Assembly (NCBI GenBank): GCA_964016885.1
Contig: OZ024751.1
Location: 47,678,001 to 47,742,000 of the forward strand
Length of the DNA: 64,000 nucleotides
Source of the DNA: Eledone cirrhosa
Lineage: Eukaryota
Direction: 5' to 3'
Below, in pieces: positions 43,375 through 54,870 of the stretch. A program made the position numbers and the translations under genes. Under the pieces are notes generated by a model that was not told the origin of the DNA, searched no databases, and worked only from the letters and a program-made list of their open reading frames with translations. Position 1 is the stretch's first letter, and each line of letters begins with the position of its first letter.

Positions 43375-43649
43375 TAAACAGACACACACACATATTTATA
43401 TATATATATAACTTCCTTAATTTCACGTTCTCTTACTCTTTCACTATCATTCTGTCTCTCTCTCTCTCTCTCTACGTATACACGCTCACTCTCTCTCTCG
43501 CTACCTCTGTCTCCCCTCTCCCCTCACCCCCTCTCTCTTTTCCTCTATCTCGTCCCTCATTAACACACTGTCACATCACACCGCACATACATACACACCC
43601 TTGTCTCTTTCACCCTGTCAAATTACACACACTCTCTCATTTACTCTCT

Positions 43650-43696
<47 letters not shown>

Positions 43697-43913
43697 AACT
43701 ATCTAACTCTGTCTCCGTGTGTACGTTTATGTGTGTGTGTGTGTGTGTGTGTGTGGTGCGTGTTGTCGACACACACGCTCTCTATCTATCTATGTGTGTA
43801 TGTGTGTCAAACAACATGCATACACTCGCATTTCTCAATGTATGCACAGTCACATCACTGCACATACACACACCCTCTGACTTTTCAACCTATCACACAC
43901 TCACACACTCACT

Positions 43914-43946
<33 letters not shown>

Positions 43947-43948
<2 letters not shown>

Positions 43949-44938
43949 GGGCGCCTGGCACACTGAGTGTGCCCAGGCGCTCACCGCCCTCTGGCAAGGC
44001 GGATCCGGTTATCAGTGGAGACTCCACCGCAACATTCTATTAGAGGGCTGGTACGCAGCAGGTGCGACGACGCCCTCGGAGAAGCCCTAGACATGGAGGA
44101 GGACGAACTGGCCAGCCTGTTCGGTAGGACATTCAGCCCAGGACCTATGGACAACTTCCAGAAGTCCCTGGCCTGGCAGTGCTACCGAGGGGCTTTACCC
44201 GTTCGAGAAAGGCTCTACAGACACGGGCGCCCGGGTAGGGACCCCGCCAAAAAGATCTGTCCCAGATGCGTGTGCGACGAGGAAACCGTTGCACACGCAT
44301 TGGTACACTGCTCGGGCGTAGCCGATCTGTGGGGCTATGTCGAACAACTGCTGTCAAGGGTGGGACCGATCCGGTTGACCACCGAGTCTATTGTAATGAT
44401 CAAGCCGCCTCCCCCCTTCAAAGATGAAGCAGAGGCGGTGTTTCTGTGCGTAATAGCCATGGCGAAAGAGGTTGTATGGTGGACGCGTCTGAAAGGACTG
44501 AGGTCAGGCACCTTTCTCTCTGGCCAACAACTGGTCCGTTTCTTCCGATATCATTTCGGAAGAAGGATCAGGATGGAGAGAGAGGTGCTGCACCCCAGCC
44601 GTTTCTATGAAAGATGGGTGAAAGTGGCGAGAATGGCCCGTGTGAATGGGCCTTCACTCTACATCAGACTATAGGTGAGGAAGATGAAAGACCAAGGGAG
44701 CACCCCTTCTCTGTGCTCCTGAGGAGAAGGGTTGCACACTTTTTTCGGGGGTGTGTGCGACCCCACAAGGCGCCTCCTCTCTATTGAGGATTTTGTTAAA
44801 AATTTTATTTTTTGTTATATCTTATTTTATTTTTATATTTTGTTATTGCCTCCTCCTTATTGAGGACGCCTTTTTGTGTAAACTCCCCCCTTTGTACTTG
44901 TCCCACTTTTGATGCCCTAGTGGCAAATAAAAGAAACA
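43947..44938 (+). mobile_element. Tx1-like LINE 3' fragment (zf-RVT) in (TATC)n
   Basis: ORF 43967-44674 ..ALPVRERLYRH..CPRC..EETVAHALVHC..; (TATC)n both sides. Confidence 0.9.
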
Positions 44939-45030
44939 TATCTATCTATCTATCAATACGTGTGTTGTCATACAACATGCACACACACAAACACACACAT
45001 GTTATCTATCTATCTATCTATCTATCTATC

Positions 45031-45480
45031 AATAAGAGGTTACTATATGGTGGACGAGGTTGAGGGGACTGAGGACAGATGCCTTTCTCTCCGGACAACA
45101 ACCCATTCCCTTCTTTAGGTAACACTTTAGAAGGAGAATCAGAGTGGAGAGAGAGGCACAGCACCCCAGTAAATTTAATGATAGGTGGGTGAATGAAGCG
45201 AAAATGGCCCGAGTGATTGGGCCTTCTCTGTATATAAACATGTGGGTTAGAGAAGAGAGCAAAAGGAAGACGGGAGCACTTGCACAACATGTTCCTGAAG
45301 TTGAGGGTTGTTCTATCGACGGGGTATTAAACAACCCACTTGTGGCGCTTCCCCCCTATTGGGGATTACGATTGTTATAATTGTTTGTTTCAATATTTTT
45401 ACACGATTGTATGTAAAAATCCCCGGCATATGTCTTTGTTTTGTCCCCTTTTCTTGTGCGCCCTTGTGGCAAATAAAGAA

Positions 45481-45481
<1 letters not shown>
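45031..45481 (+). mobile_element. Tx1-like LINE 3' fragment (older subfamily) in (TATC)n
   Basis: ..WWTRLRGL..RRRIRVERE..RWVNEAKMARV.GPSL; tail TGTGGCAAATAAAGAAA(TCTA)n. Confidence 0.8.
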
Positions 45482-45521
<40 letters not shown>

Positions 45522-45637
45522 GTTATCTATCTATCTATCAATACGTGTGTGTGTGCGTTGTAATATAACATGCACACACACAAACACACATACTTTATCT
45601 ATCTATCTATTTAGCTAGCTAGCTGTGTCTGTGTGTA

Positions 45638-45679
<42 letters not shown>

Positions 45680-45684
45680 TGTGT

Positions 45685-45729
<45 letters not shown>

Positions 45730-45889
45730 ACACAACATACACACACTTATTTCTCACTGTGTTGCACTGTCACTTAACGTTTGCTGGACCTCCACCGGTT
45801 TCGAGGATGACTGTTTAAACATCGAACCGCCGGCTCTTGAAATTTACGTGCAAATAACTAGATTAGCATTTCACTCACACATACAACTT

Positions 45890-46110
45890 TCACATAACTC
45901 TCAGGGAGATTCAGCATGACATGTTTTGTGACAAGACTGGCTCTTTGAGTTACAGGTATAACTTATTTTTTACAGGTACAACTTATTTTTTGCGTTGAGT
46001 GGAACCACATGAAATAAAGTGTCTGGCTCGAGGATCCAATGCACGACCGGGAATCGATCTCACGACCTTTCTATTGTAAGTTGAATGACCTAACCCCTAA
46101 CCTTTCGCCT
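45890..46110 (-). mobile_element. Diverged CORE-type SINE
   Basis: TGAAATAAAGTGTCTGGCTC..CCGGGAATCGATCTCACGACC. Confidence 0.55.
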
Positions 46111-46268
46111 ATATGTGTTTAATGTACACGCTGACACACATGCACGGGCACGCACACACACACACACACTCATATATATATATATATATATATATAGGCA
46201 CACAGTCACATATATCTATATAGGCGCACACACACATATATATAGGCACACACACACATATATATAGG

Positions 46269-46310
<42 letters not shown>

Positions 46311-46338
46311 GGCACACACACACACATATATATATAGG

Positions 46339-46374
<36 letters not shown>

Positions 46375-46604
46375 GGCACACACACATATATATATAGGCA
46401 CACACACATAGGCAACCATACTTATACACACCATAAATACACACTCACCCACAGGCATCTTGCCACCACACACACACACACTTTCTCTCCGAACCACTAT
46501 CTACCTCACCTATGCTTATTCTCTTCTCTCTCTCTTTTTCTTTCTATTCCCCTCACTCACTACCTCTTCCACACACACACTTCCCTTTTTCCCCCTTCCT
46601 CACC

Positions 46605-46710
<106 letters not shown>

Positions 46711-46728
46711 CAAACCGAATATATATAT

Positions 46729-47352
46729 AACAAACCGAACATTATAATAAATGTTCGGTAAATCCATACGTACATATATATATGTGTACATGTATATATA
46801 TATATATACATACTACTGTACGTATGTATACATATATGTATGTACGTATACATACTTATATTTAAGTAACAGCCGTACTAAGAGTGGGAAATGAAATTTC
46901 GTTTCATTTTTTCCATTTATCGTTTTCGGTGCGCCCGGCCGACTAAACTCACTCGATATGTCAATTAGGCTGCTCAGCCGTTAATATGCATAAGGAAAGT
47001 ATATACTTTCAGACGTTCAATCATCTGGCAGGAAGGTATACAATGCTGACGATAGCTAATAAGCTTGAAACTAGTACATCGTTCCTTTGTCAGTGTTGAA
47101 CAAAAGGGCAACGATGGTTGCTAAACACTGTACGGCTTAATTCGGGCTGTTTGTTTACAAACAAACCGAACATTATAATAAATGTTCGGTAAACCGATAC
47201 GTACATATATATATGTGTGCATGTATGTATATATATACATACTACTGTACGTCTGTATACATATATGTATGTACGTATACATACATACTTACATTTAAGT
47301 AACTGCCGTACTAAGAGTGAGAAATGAAATTTCGTTTCATTTTTTCCATTTA
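46729..47352 (+). mobile_element. Non-coding HHR-bearing element with ~190-bp direct terminal repeats (unit 431 bp); retrozyme- or non-autonomous-PLE-like
   Basis: 46729-46920 repeated at 47160-47352; HHR at 47040-47082; (TA)n flanks. Confidence 0.75.
47040..47082 (+). ncRNA. Minimal type I hammerhead motif
   Basis: ACAAUG-CUGACGA-UAGC UAAUAA GCUU-GAAAC-UA-GUA-CAUCGU; palindromic ACUAGU loop 3. Confidence 0.75.
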
Positions 47353-47627
47353 TATATATATATATTATATATATACAAATAAAGATTCAGCGAGAATCGC
47401 ATTTCGGTGTGCAGGAAAAGCGAAGCGAAAAGCAAAAATCAGAAATGATACTGGCAAAGTGCTCAATAGGTAAAAACCAGAGCTAAACAATTTGTTAAGA
47501 AGCCATACAAAACTGATAAGGTGGTCAAGAAGGCATTAACCACCCATGCCAAAAACCAAATCAAGCTAAACAGGTCAAAACAAAATAAATGATAACCATA
47601 TATATATATAAATATATACGCATATAT

Positions 47628-47658
<31 letters not shown>

Positions 47659-47662
47659 CTAT

Positions 47663-47928
47663 CTAAGGCGGGTAAAATTCCCGAGATCCATGGACGAGTT
47701 CTCTCCAGCGGTCTCTGTCCCTCATTATCGCTGCCATATCCTGCATCTCCAACAGACCAGTGTCTGTCCTTAGGGCATCAACATATGTTAACCTTGGTCT
47801 TCCTCTTCTAGTGTGTCCATGTAGGGGCTCCCAAAGGAGAACTGAGTGCAATGTCAACTCTGGATGTCGGTGAGCATGTCCAGCCAACCTCAGTCTCCTC
47901 TGTGTCACTTTTGAGCTGACTTTTGGGA
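47663..47928 (-). mobile_element. RTE/RTE-X LINE ORF2 C-terminal fragment
   Basis: QRRLRLAGHAHRH..VLLWEPLHGHTRRGRPRLTYVDAL..MRDRDRW. Confidence 0.8.
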
Positions 47929-47940
47929 TATATATATATA

Positions 47941-48565
47941 AAAGAAGTTAATATGCCCATGGGTACTAAGTACCCCTAGAAATATATAGGTTGTCTATGA
48001 TTTAAGGTTGTTCTATGGTATTAATTTGACATACCAGAACTATAATATTAAGATAAGCAGAACAAGGAAAATTCAACCAATTTTTTTTTAAATAAATTAA
48101 AAAATATAATATAAATATTTACCTATTCTTTTGGCCCTTACCGATCGGTTTCGCTTTGTAAAACACCAGAAATCCAATGGATTTCTAATGGAAAATCAAA
48201 GTTCATCAGAGAAGCATTTTCCTTTCCTAGGGCTAAAGACCCACTATTTTTAGTAACGAGATATACAACACGTCTATGTTTTTCCCGCTTTCACCTCGGG
48301 CAGTTCACGTACGGGTCATTTTTCGACCTTTTAGATCCGTGCTAGCTGGCGGATAACAATATATTTTATCGTTCCTGGGTCTTTAGCCCTAGGAAAGGAA
48401 AATGCTTCTCTGATGAACTTTGATTTTCCATTAGAAATCCATTGGATTTCTGGTGTTTTTCAAAGCGAAACCGATCGGTAAGGGCCAAAAGAATAGGTAA
48501 ATATTTAAATGATATTTTTTAATTTATTTTAAAAAATTGGTTGAATTTTGCTTGTTCTGCTTATC

Positions 48566-48571
<6 letters not shown>
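47941..48571. mobile_element. PLE-type terminus family F: inverted arms (48045-48244 / 48376-48571), HHR in each arm, extra tail on the left
   Basis: HHR 48404-48485 (+): CUGAUGA-long stem II-GAAAC-CGAUCG-GUA; mirror at 48134-48215 (-). Confidence 0.8.
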
Positions 48572-48608
<37 letters not shown>

Positions 48609-48918
48609 GTGTATATGTGTATATATATATGTATACGTATGTATACGTATATATATATATACGTATGTATACGTGTGTGTATATATATATATATATATGT
48701 ATACATACACACGTATACATACGCATATATATATATATTTATATATATATATATCGGGTATATATGTTTTTATATATATATGTATGAATTTTATATGTGT
48801 ATATATATATATATATATATACACATATAAAATTCATACATATATATATAAAAACATATATACCCGATATATATATAAATATATATATATATATGCGTAT
48901 GTATACGTGTGTATGTAT

Positions 48919-48979
<61 letters not shown>

Positions 48980-49036
48980 TATATGTATACATATATATAT
49001 ATATAATGTACGTATAGTATATTTGATAATATACTA

Positions 49037-49083
<47 letters not shown>

Positions 49084-49547
49084 CACCCGGTGGAATGATT
49101 TCTGTTGTCTGGTCGGGTGTTGAACTCACCGTGACTTTTACACTTGGTTGAACTCTCACACCTTTTCTATATACAATCACAATTTCTTGGGAATATCGAA
49201 CTTTCGTGATCGAAGCCTCTTAATTCAGTTAAATATCATTCACAGTAATTACTCGCCACCCTAACTCTGTGTAATTGTGTAACTGTGTGTGTAAGTGTGT
49301 GTGGAAGTGTATGTGGAAGTGTATGTGTGTATGTGTGTATGTAACTGTATGTGTGTATGTAAGTATGTGTGTGTATGTAAGTGTATGTGTGTATGTGTGT
49401 ATATAAGTATGTGTGTGTATGTAGTAGATTCAGTAAACGTTATGACGTGTGCAGTAAAAGATTGTATGAAGGAGTTTAACAGTAATTCATATTCTCTTTA
49501 ATGATGATGATGATGATGGTAATAATGATAATAATAATAATAATAAT

Positions 49548-50195
49548 AATTGTTTCTACTTTTGGCACAAGGCCAGCAAACATCCAGTGTATTACTGGTA
49601 CTTTATTTTATCGACCCCGTAAGGATGAAAGGCAAAGTTAACCTCGGCGGGATTTGAACTCAGAATGGCAAGGGCCGTAACTCAAAGCGTCAAAGCATGG
49701 CGTCCGACCCTCTACCGATACTGCCAATCCACCGCCCTAAAATTGTTTCTACTTTAGGCACAAGGCCAGCAAATACCCAGTACATTACTGGTACTTTATT
49801 TTATCGACCCCGTAAGGATGAAAGGCAAAGTTAACCTCGGCGGGATTTGAACTCAGATGGTAAAGGGACGTAACTATGCTGGAAAGCATGGCGTCCGACC
49901 CTCCACCGATACTGCCAATCCACCGCCCTAATGGTTTCTATATAGGCACAAGGCCAGCAATTTTGGGAGAGGGGAAAGTCGATTAAATCGACCCCAGTGC
50001 GTGACTGGTACTTTATTTTATCGACCCTGTAAGGATGAAAGGCAAAGTTAACCTCGGAGGGATTTGAACTCAGATCAGAAAGGGCTGCAAGGCATGGCGT
50101 CCGACATTCTACCAATACTGCCGATATATAATAATAATTGTTTCTACTTTTAGCATAAGGCCAGCAATTATCCCAGCGCATTACTGGTACTTTTT
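49548..50195 (-). mobile_element. Head-to-tail cluster of four Meta-like SINEs (three near-complete, one fragment)
   Basis: Copies at 49548-49738, 49741-49929, 49930-50125, 50136-50195. Confidence 0.9.
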
Positions 50196-50464
50196 TTTCA
50201 ATATATATATATTTGGCATATTAGATGTGTTTTTCGTGGAGTTTTGCTCTGTACAAGGGTTAAATGGCTTTCTCTCCATACCAAGGAAGAGCACAGCTCT
50301 GGAGTAATTATTTGGTCTTGCACATCAAAGCATTCAAACAGGTGGAAACACAACTCGATGATGCTAAACGTAAGGTGATAGAGGATGCAATCAAATTTGA
50401 TTTTAAAGAATACAACTATAAACACTTTCAGCCTGATTGAGTGCTTCACTCTCGATGAACATAT

Positions 50465-50527
<63 letters not shown>

Positions 50528-51404
50528 ATGTGTGTGTGTGTGTGTTTGCGTGTGTGTGCGCGCATATGTGTATGCATGTATGTATGCATGTATGTATGCA
50601 TGTATGTATACGTATATGTAGTTGTGTGTTTGTGCGTGTGCATGCATGTAAATATCCCATTTCCCCCCTGTTTTTATTTTCAAATTCTAATCATTCTTCT
50701 CTCTACAAGATGTTAAAAGTAGCCAACCATCTGTATCCCTGAACTTCCTTTTCTCTGCTTTTTATTTCACTTTCATCCGGGTTAGATTTTTCATGCTTTT
50801 CAATTGGTAGATGAGCAACGCTCGGAGCTTTGAAGTTAAATCAAACAGCATATTTGCAGGCCATAGCAATAAAACAACGTTTTTTTTCCCCTGTTTTATT
50901 GCGATTACTGCTGGTCTTGTTGCATTTCATATTATTTCGAACCTGACAAATCTTTATCACTTACAACATTGGTATCATAGAAATACTTAAATGTTCACTT
51001 CTCAAGCAGAGTTACATGGATCCGAGATCAATAAACAGAGCCTACAGAATCACTGGTGTTCTGTAAATATATGTTTGTTTCAATGCCCCAAACAAACCAT
51101 CTGTATCATTGGAACAAACCGTCCTAACTACAGATTCCTTTTGACAGAAATCTCGACATCAAAAGAAGTTGAAGAACAATTACTTGTTTACCTATATTCC
51201 CGTTTATATATTATAAGAACAGATTAAAGTTTAAGCAAAAAAATCGCTACTTTCACATTTAACGGGATCTTCTGAAAGCAGTGATTCTTTGCTTAAACTT
51301 TAATCTTTTCTTATGATAAATATTTGCTCTACGGGTTTATATATATAATATTTATCGAGCCCTCTTCGGAAATGTAGTCTTCACATTTATTATTACTATA
51401 TATA

Positions 51405-51520
51405 TGTGTGGCTGAGTGGTTAGAGAACTGGATTCGCAATCGTGAGGTTGTGAGTTCGATTCCTGGACCGGGCGATGCGTTATGTCCTTGGGCAAGACAC
51501 TTTATTTCACGCTGCTCCTT
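51405..51520 (+). mobile_element. tRNA-derived CORE-type SINE 5' part
   Basis: A box TGGCTGAGTGG, B box GAGTTCGATTCC, CORE-like TGTCCTTGGGCAAGACACTTTA. Confidence 0.75.
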
Positions 51521-51616
51521 CTACCTGGAGTTGCGACCGATAGATAGTATTAGCAATTGGAAAGACCAATGGAAACACTGTTTCCTCGGTCCGATTTGAC
51601 GAAAGTCGATCGTTAG

Positions 51617-51656
<40 letters not shown>

Positions 51657-51807
51657 ATACTTTGGGAGGGTCATGTTGCCAATAAGAAACACACGCACCA
51701 GTTGCTTTCACTTCAATTTAATTTATTATATATTTATAAATTTACAAATTTATAAATTTCTGGTTGGTTGGTTGGTTCCACAACCAGATAGTTGTTTATA
51801 TATATAT

Positions 51808-51852
51808 AGTCATAGTTCTTTCGTCACGCACTCTGTGACCTCTTCAGTGACT
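51808..51852 (-). ncRNA. Minimal type I hammerhead motif in the PLE 3' UTR
   Basis: AGUCA-CUGAAGA-G GUCAC AGAGUGC GUGAC-GAAA-GAAC-UA-UGACU. Confidence 0.8.
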
Positions 51853-52155
51853 GGGGATTTCTTTCTTCGTTTCTGTGCCTTTCTTTTCTTCTATCCTACG
51901 CCATTTTGTTTGTGTGTGGGTTGCGTGCTCAGTTTGCGCATGCGCCACATCCGGGTGTCTGTGTGTGTTTGTGTTCATTTTTCTATTTTTCTATTTATAT
52001 TTTTCTATTTGTTTGTTTATTTATTTATTTATTGTTGGTTGGTTGTTTGTTCTATGTGTGTGTGTGTTTTCATTTTGTCTTGTGTGTTTTCATTTTGTGT
52101 GTGTTTTCAATTGTAAGTTGTTTGTTCTATGTGTGTGTGTGTTTTCATTTTGTCC

Positions 52156-54870
52156 TTAATTGTAAGTTGTGATGTTGCTGTTCCACTCATATTTTCTATT
52201 TAATTTTGGTTTTAATTCTTTTATGCTTACTGCCTCTGTAATTTGCCTAAACATTGCGTCTTTCTTGTGTGTGGATTCTATTTTTATTTCTATGCTCTCT
52301 AATTTACCCCTGTGTTCTATCTTAGCATGTTGGTAGAGCACAGATGATTCTTTATTATCTTGGAGGTCTCGCCAGTGTTCATTTATTCGTTCCCCTATAC
52401 TACGAGCTGTCTCACCTATGTACACTATATTTTTGTTTCTACATTGTCCTTCAGTACATCTTATGCTATATACTACATTTCTAGTTTTACAGTTAATATG
52501 GGGGCTTATTTTACAGGTTATACATTTCTTATCTATACATGAGGGTCTTTGGAACGGGTATGTCTTGCTAATAAGTGTTTTTACGGAGGTACCAGGTCTT
52601 TCTACTATCTTAATATTGAGATTATGTTTCTTTAGGGCCCTTCTAAATTTGTAGGCTAGTTCGCCTCTAGGGGTTGTATTGATGAACATTACACTCTGGT
52701 ATTTATTGCTATCATACCATGAGTTTATTCTATTGGCCTTGTTCTTAGTTCTTTCTATTCTATTCCAAAATTTGCTCCTATACAAGGGGCAGGTCCCATT
52801 TATGTCATTATTTACCATTTTTTCCCATTTGGTTCTGGCTCCTTTATACACTCTGATTCTATCTCTCTGATTGTAGCCAGAGAACTGCATACGGTGGATG
52901 AAGTGTTGTATGTGTCTCTCTAGTTCTTCGGGGTTGCACATGCGGGACACATTTCTCATCACCCGTACCAAATCCGCAATCAGTATGTTGATTTTGGTAT
53001 GGTCCGAAATGGCCGAGTTTCGGTGGATCAGATGTTTGGAAGTCATGGGTTTGGCATAATGGGAATGGAGGATTTGTTTTTGGTTGTTAATTGTATCTAA
53101 CCAGAGCTCTGTGTCTAGTACAGGTAATCGATGGTTGGGGTGTCTACTTGGGTAGTCTATAGTAACTCTAATGCTCTGGTGGATGGAGTTTGCTATTTGC
53201 TGGATGCTTTCCATTGTGTTTTTCTCTAGTTCCTGACTGTTCTTTAGTGGGGGTGTCTTAACTACGATGTTTATATCATCTACGTAGCGGGAGTACATTA
53301 TCAGGGTTAAGCTGTCTTCTAATTGTTCATTAAGTTTTTGTTTAAGTCTACTGTCCCACCATACCATGAATAAGTTAGCTATGTCGCCTGCAATGCTAAC
53401 ACCAATGGCTGCTCCTTCCTCTTGGGCATATGTTTTACCATTAAATTTGAACATATGTTCCTTAAGGGTTAATTTTATGCTGGCCCCTACCGCATGTGCA
53501 ATCATTTTCTTCAGTTCATCGTGGTTTTCGGGTGTCCGTATGGCTCTGGTCCACCCGTTCCATCTATCTGTGTGGGTTTTCTTGGCCATTGAGGTAATGG
53601 TAGGTGGTCTGCCTCTTGCTGGTCTTGTAGGGCACAGGTTGCTAAGGTCATAAGTGTCTAGGTAACTATTACTATGGGTAAGCTTAAATAGAAGTCCCAG
53701 CTCACTGGTATCAATCCCACGGAACTCAACCTTGCTCTCGCTGATCATTTCGACGCATTTCTCCACAGCAAAATCCACGTCAATAGATGGATACAGGGAC
53801 ACAACATCCATACTGTCTATTATGCAGTTTGTTAGGTCCCCAGATCGGTTACCCGCGCCGATTCTGCTGAGGAGGTCCTCCGTGCTGTCACACACATCTG
53901 GGGACATCTCAATGATGGGGCGTATGATCAGGGAGAGGAAGTAGGACAGTCTGTAGTTACTAGCAATGTTAGCCCCACAGACTGGCCGTGTTGGTGGTCC
54001 CGCGACAGGGTTCCAGCCCGTTTTATGGTCTTTTCGAAGCCCATACAACGCCGGCACGTCATTGTTCCAGGCCTGGAAGTTGTTGGCAGTCCTTTTGTTG
54101 GGCTGCATTATATTTGTCCACATCACCATATGGGCATTGAGGGTTTTTTCTCTATCCTCATGCTCCTGTGGTGTTACCTCTCTTGTGTTAGTGATGTGGG
54201 GTTGCATTGCCTGGATGTAGTTTGGCAGGCTGTCAACCGACATTCTGCCAGACTTGTCTGTTGGAAAGCATGCTATCTCTCCATTACGCGAGCGCTGCAT
54301 GAGCTTACGCAAGCCATTTGCAGATTCTTCTCCCAGTTGCTGGGCCTCTATTCTATTATGCTTCTTGCTATACTGTTCTATAATATTTCTAAGTTCGGAT
54401 TTAGCTATACTAAATTGTGCTTCTGTTTGTTCATCGACCTGCGACGGCAACTGCGTGCGTTTGTTAAATGGCAAAGTCGTGGCGTGGACTCGTCGTAGGT
54501 CGAATGATTTATCGGAGGGGTTATAAAACGGAGAGTTCCAGGCTGCTGCTTTATGTGTACTAGTGCTATTGTTATTGTTGGTTGTGTTGTTTCTATTTCC
54601 ACCAACAGCAGCAGCCTCAGCTTCATGGTTGTTTCTATGTCTCTCATAATTACTCCTGTCTCTTTCCACTGGCTCAATGTTGTTATCTACCCTATTTTGT
54701 GTGTCTGTGTGTTCGTCTTGGTTATTCTCTTTGTCCTTAGTCTCCCATCTCCTTTTCCTTTTAATCCTATTACTATTACTTTCTCTTATTTCTCTGATTT
54801 CTGTGCTACTGTCATTACTTGTTTTCTGTGTTTGTGTGTTTGTTAAGATTGTGGTGGTGGTGAGAGGCAT
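52156..54870 (-). CDS. PLE reverse transcriptase + GIY-YIG endonuclease (904 aa, C-terminal part of a frameshifted ORF)
   Basis: TDKSG, YGLRKDHK, RPV, SMDVVSLYPSI, QEEGAAIG, YSRYVDD, LPVLD, CxxxxCxxC linker, NVVYSIRC..C..YIGETARSIGERINEH..H..E..LNRK. Confidence 0.9.
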   Translation of the reverse strand: MPLTTTTILTNTQTQKTSNDSSTEIREIRESNSNRIKRKRRWETKDKENNQDEHTDTQNRVDNNIEPVERDRSNYERHRNNHEAEAAAVGGNRNNTTNNNNSTSTHKAAAWNSPFYNPSDKSFDLRRVHATTLPFNKRTQLPSQVDEQTEAQFSIAKSELRNIIEQYSKKHNRIEAQQLGEESANGLRKLMQRSRNGEIACFPTDKSGRMSVDSLPNYIQAMQPHITNTREVTPQEHEDREKTLNAHMVMWTNIMQPNKRTANNFQAWNNDVPALYGLRKDHKTGWNPVAGPPTRPVCGANIASNYRLSYFLSLIIRPIIEMSPDVCDSTEDLLSRIGAGNRSGDLTNCIIDSMDVVSLYPSIDVDFAVEKCVEMISESKVEFRGIDTSELGLLFKLTHSNSYLDTYDLSNLCPTRPARGRPPTITSMAKKTHTDRWNGWTRAIRTPENHDELKKMIAHAVGASIKLTLKEHMFKFNGKTYAQEEGAAIGVSIAGDIANLFMVWWDSRLKQKLNEQLEDSLTLIMYSRYVDDINIVVKTPPLKNSQELEKNTMESIQQIANSIHQSIRVTIDYPSRHPNHRLPVLDTELWLDTINNQKQILHSHYAKPMTSKHLIHRNSAISDHTKINILIADLVRVMRNVSRMCNPEELERHIQHFIHRMQFSGYNQRDRIRVYKGARTKWEKMVNNDINGTCPLYRSKFWNRIERTKNKANRINSWYDSNKYQSVMFINTTPRGELAYKFRRALKKHNLNIKIVERPGTSVKTLISKTYPFQRPSCIDKKCITCKISPHINCKTRNVVYSIRCTEGQCRNKNIVYIGETARSIGERINEHWRDLQDNKESSVLYQHAKIEHRGKLESIEIKIESTHKKDAMFRQITEAVSIKELKPKLNRKYEWNSNITTYN

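Noticed and set aside
50205-50465. Protein-like short frame (HIKAFKQVETQLDDAKRKVIEDAIKFDF)
   Set aside because: Short, bounded by stops, no recognisable family; cannot be supported without a search.
51405-51480. tRNA gene
   Set aside because: The tRNA-like head runs into a CORE-like SINE body and the acceptor stem is not intact; the same applies to the other SINE heads.
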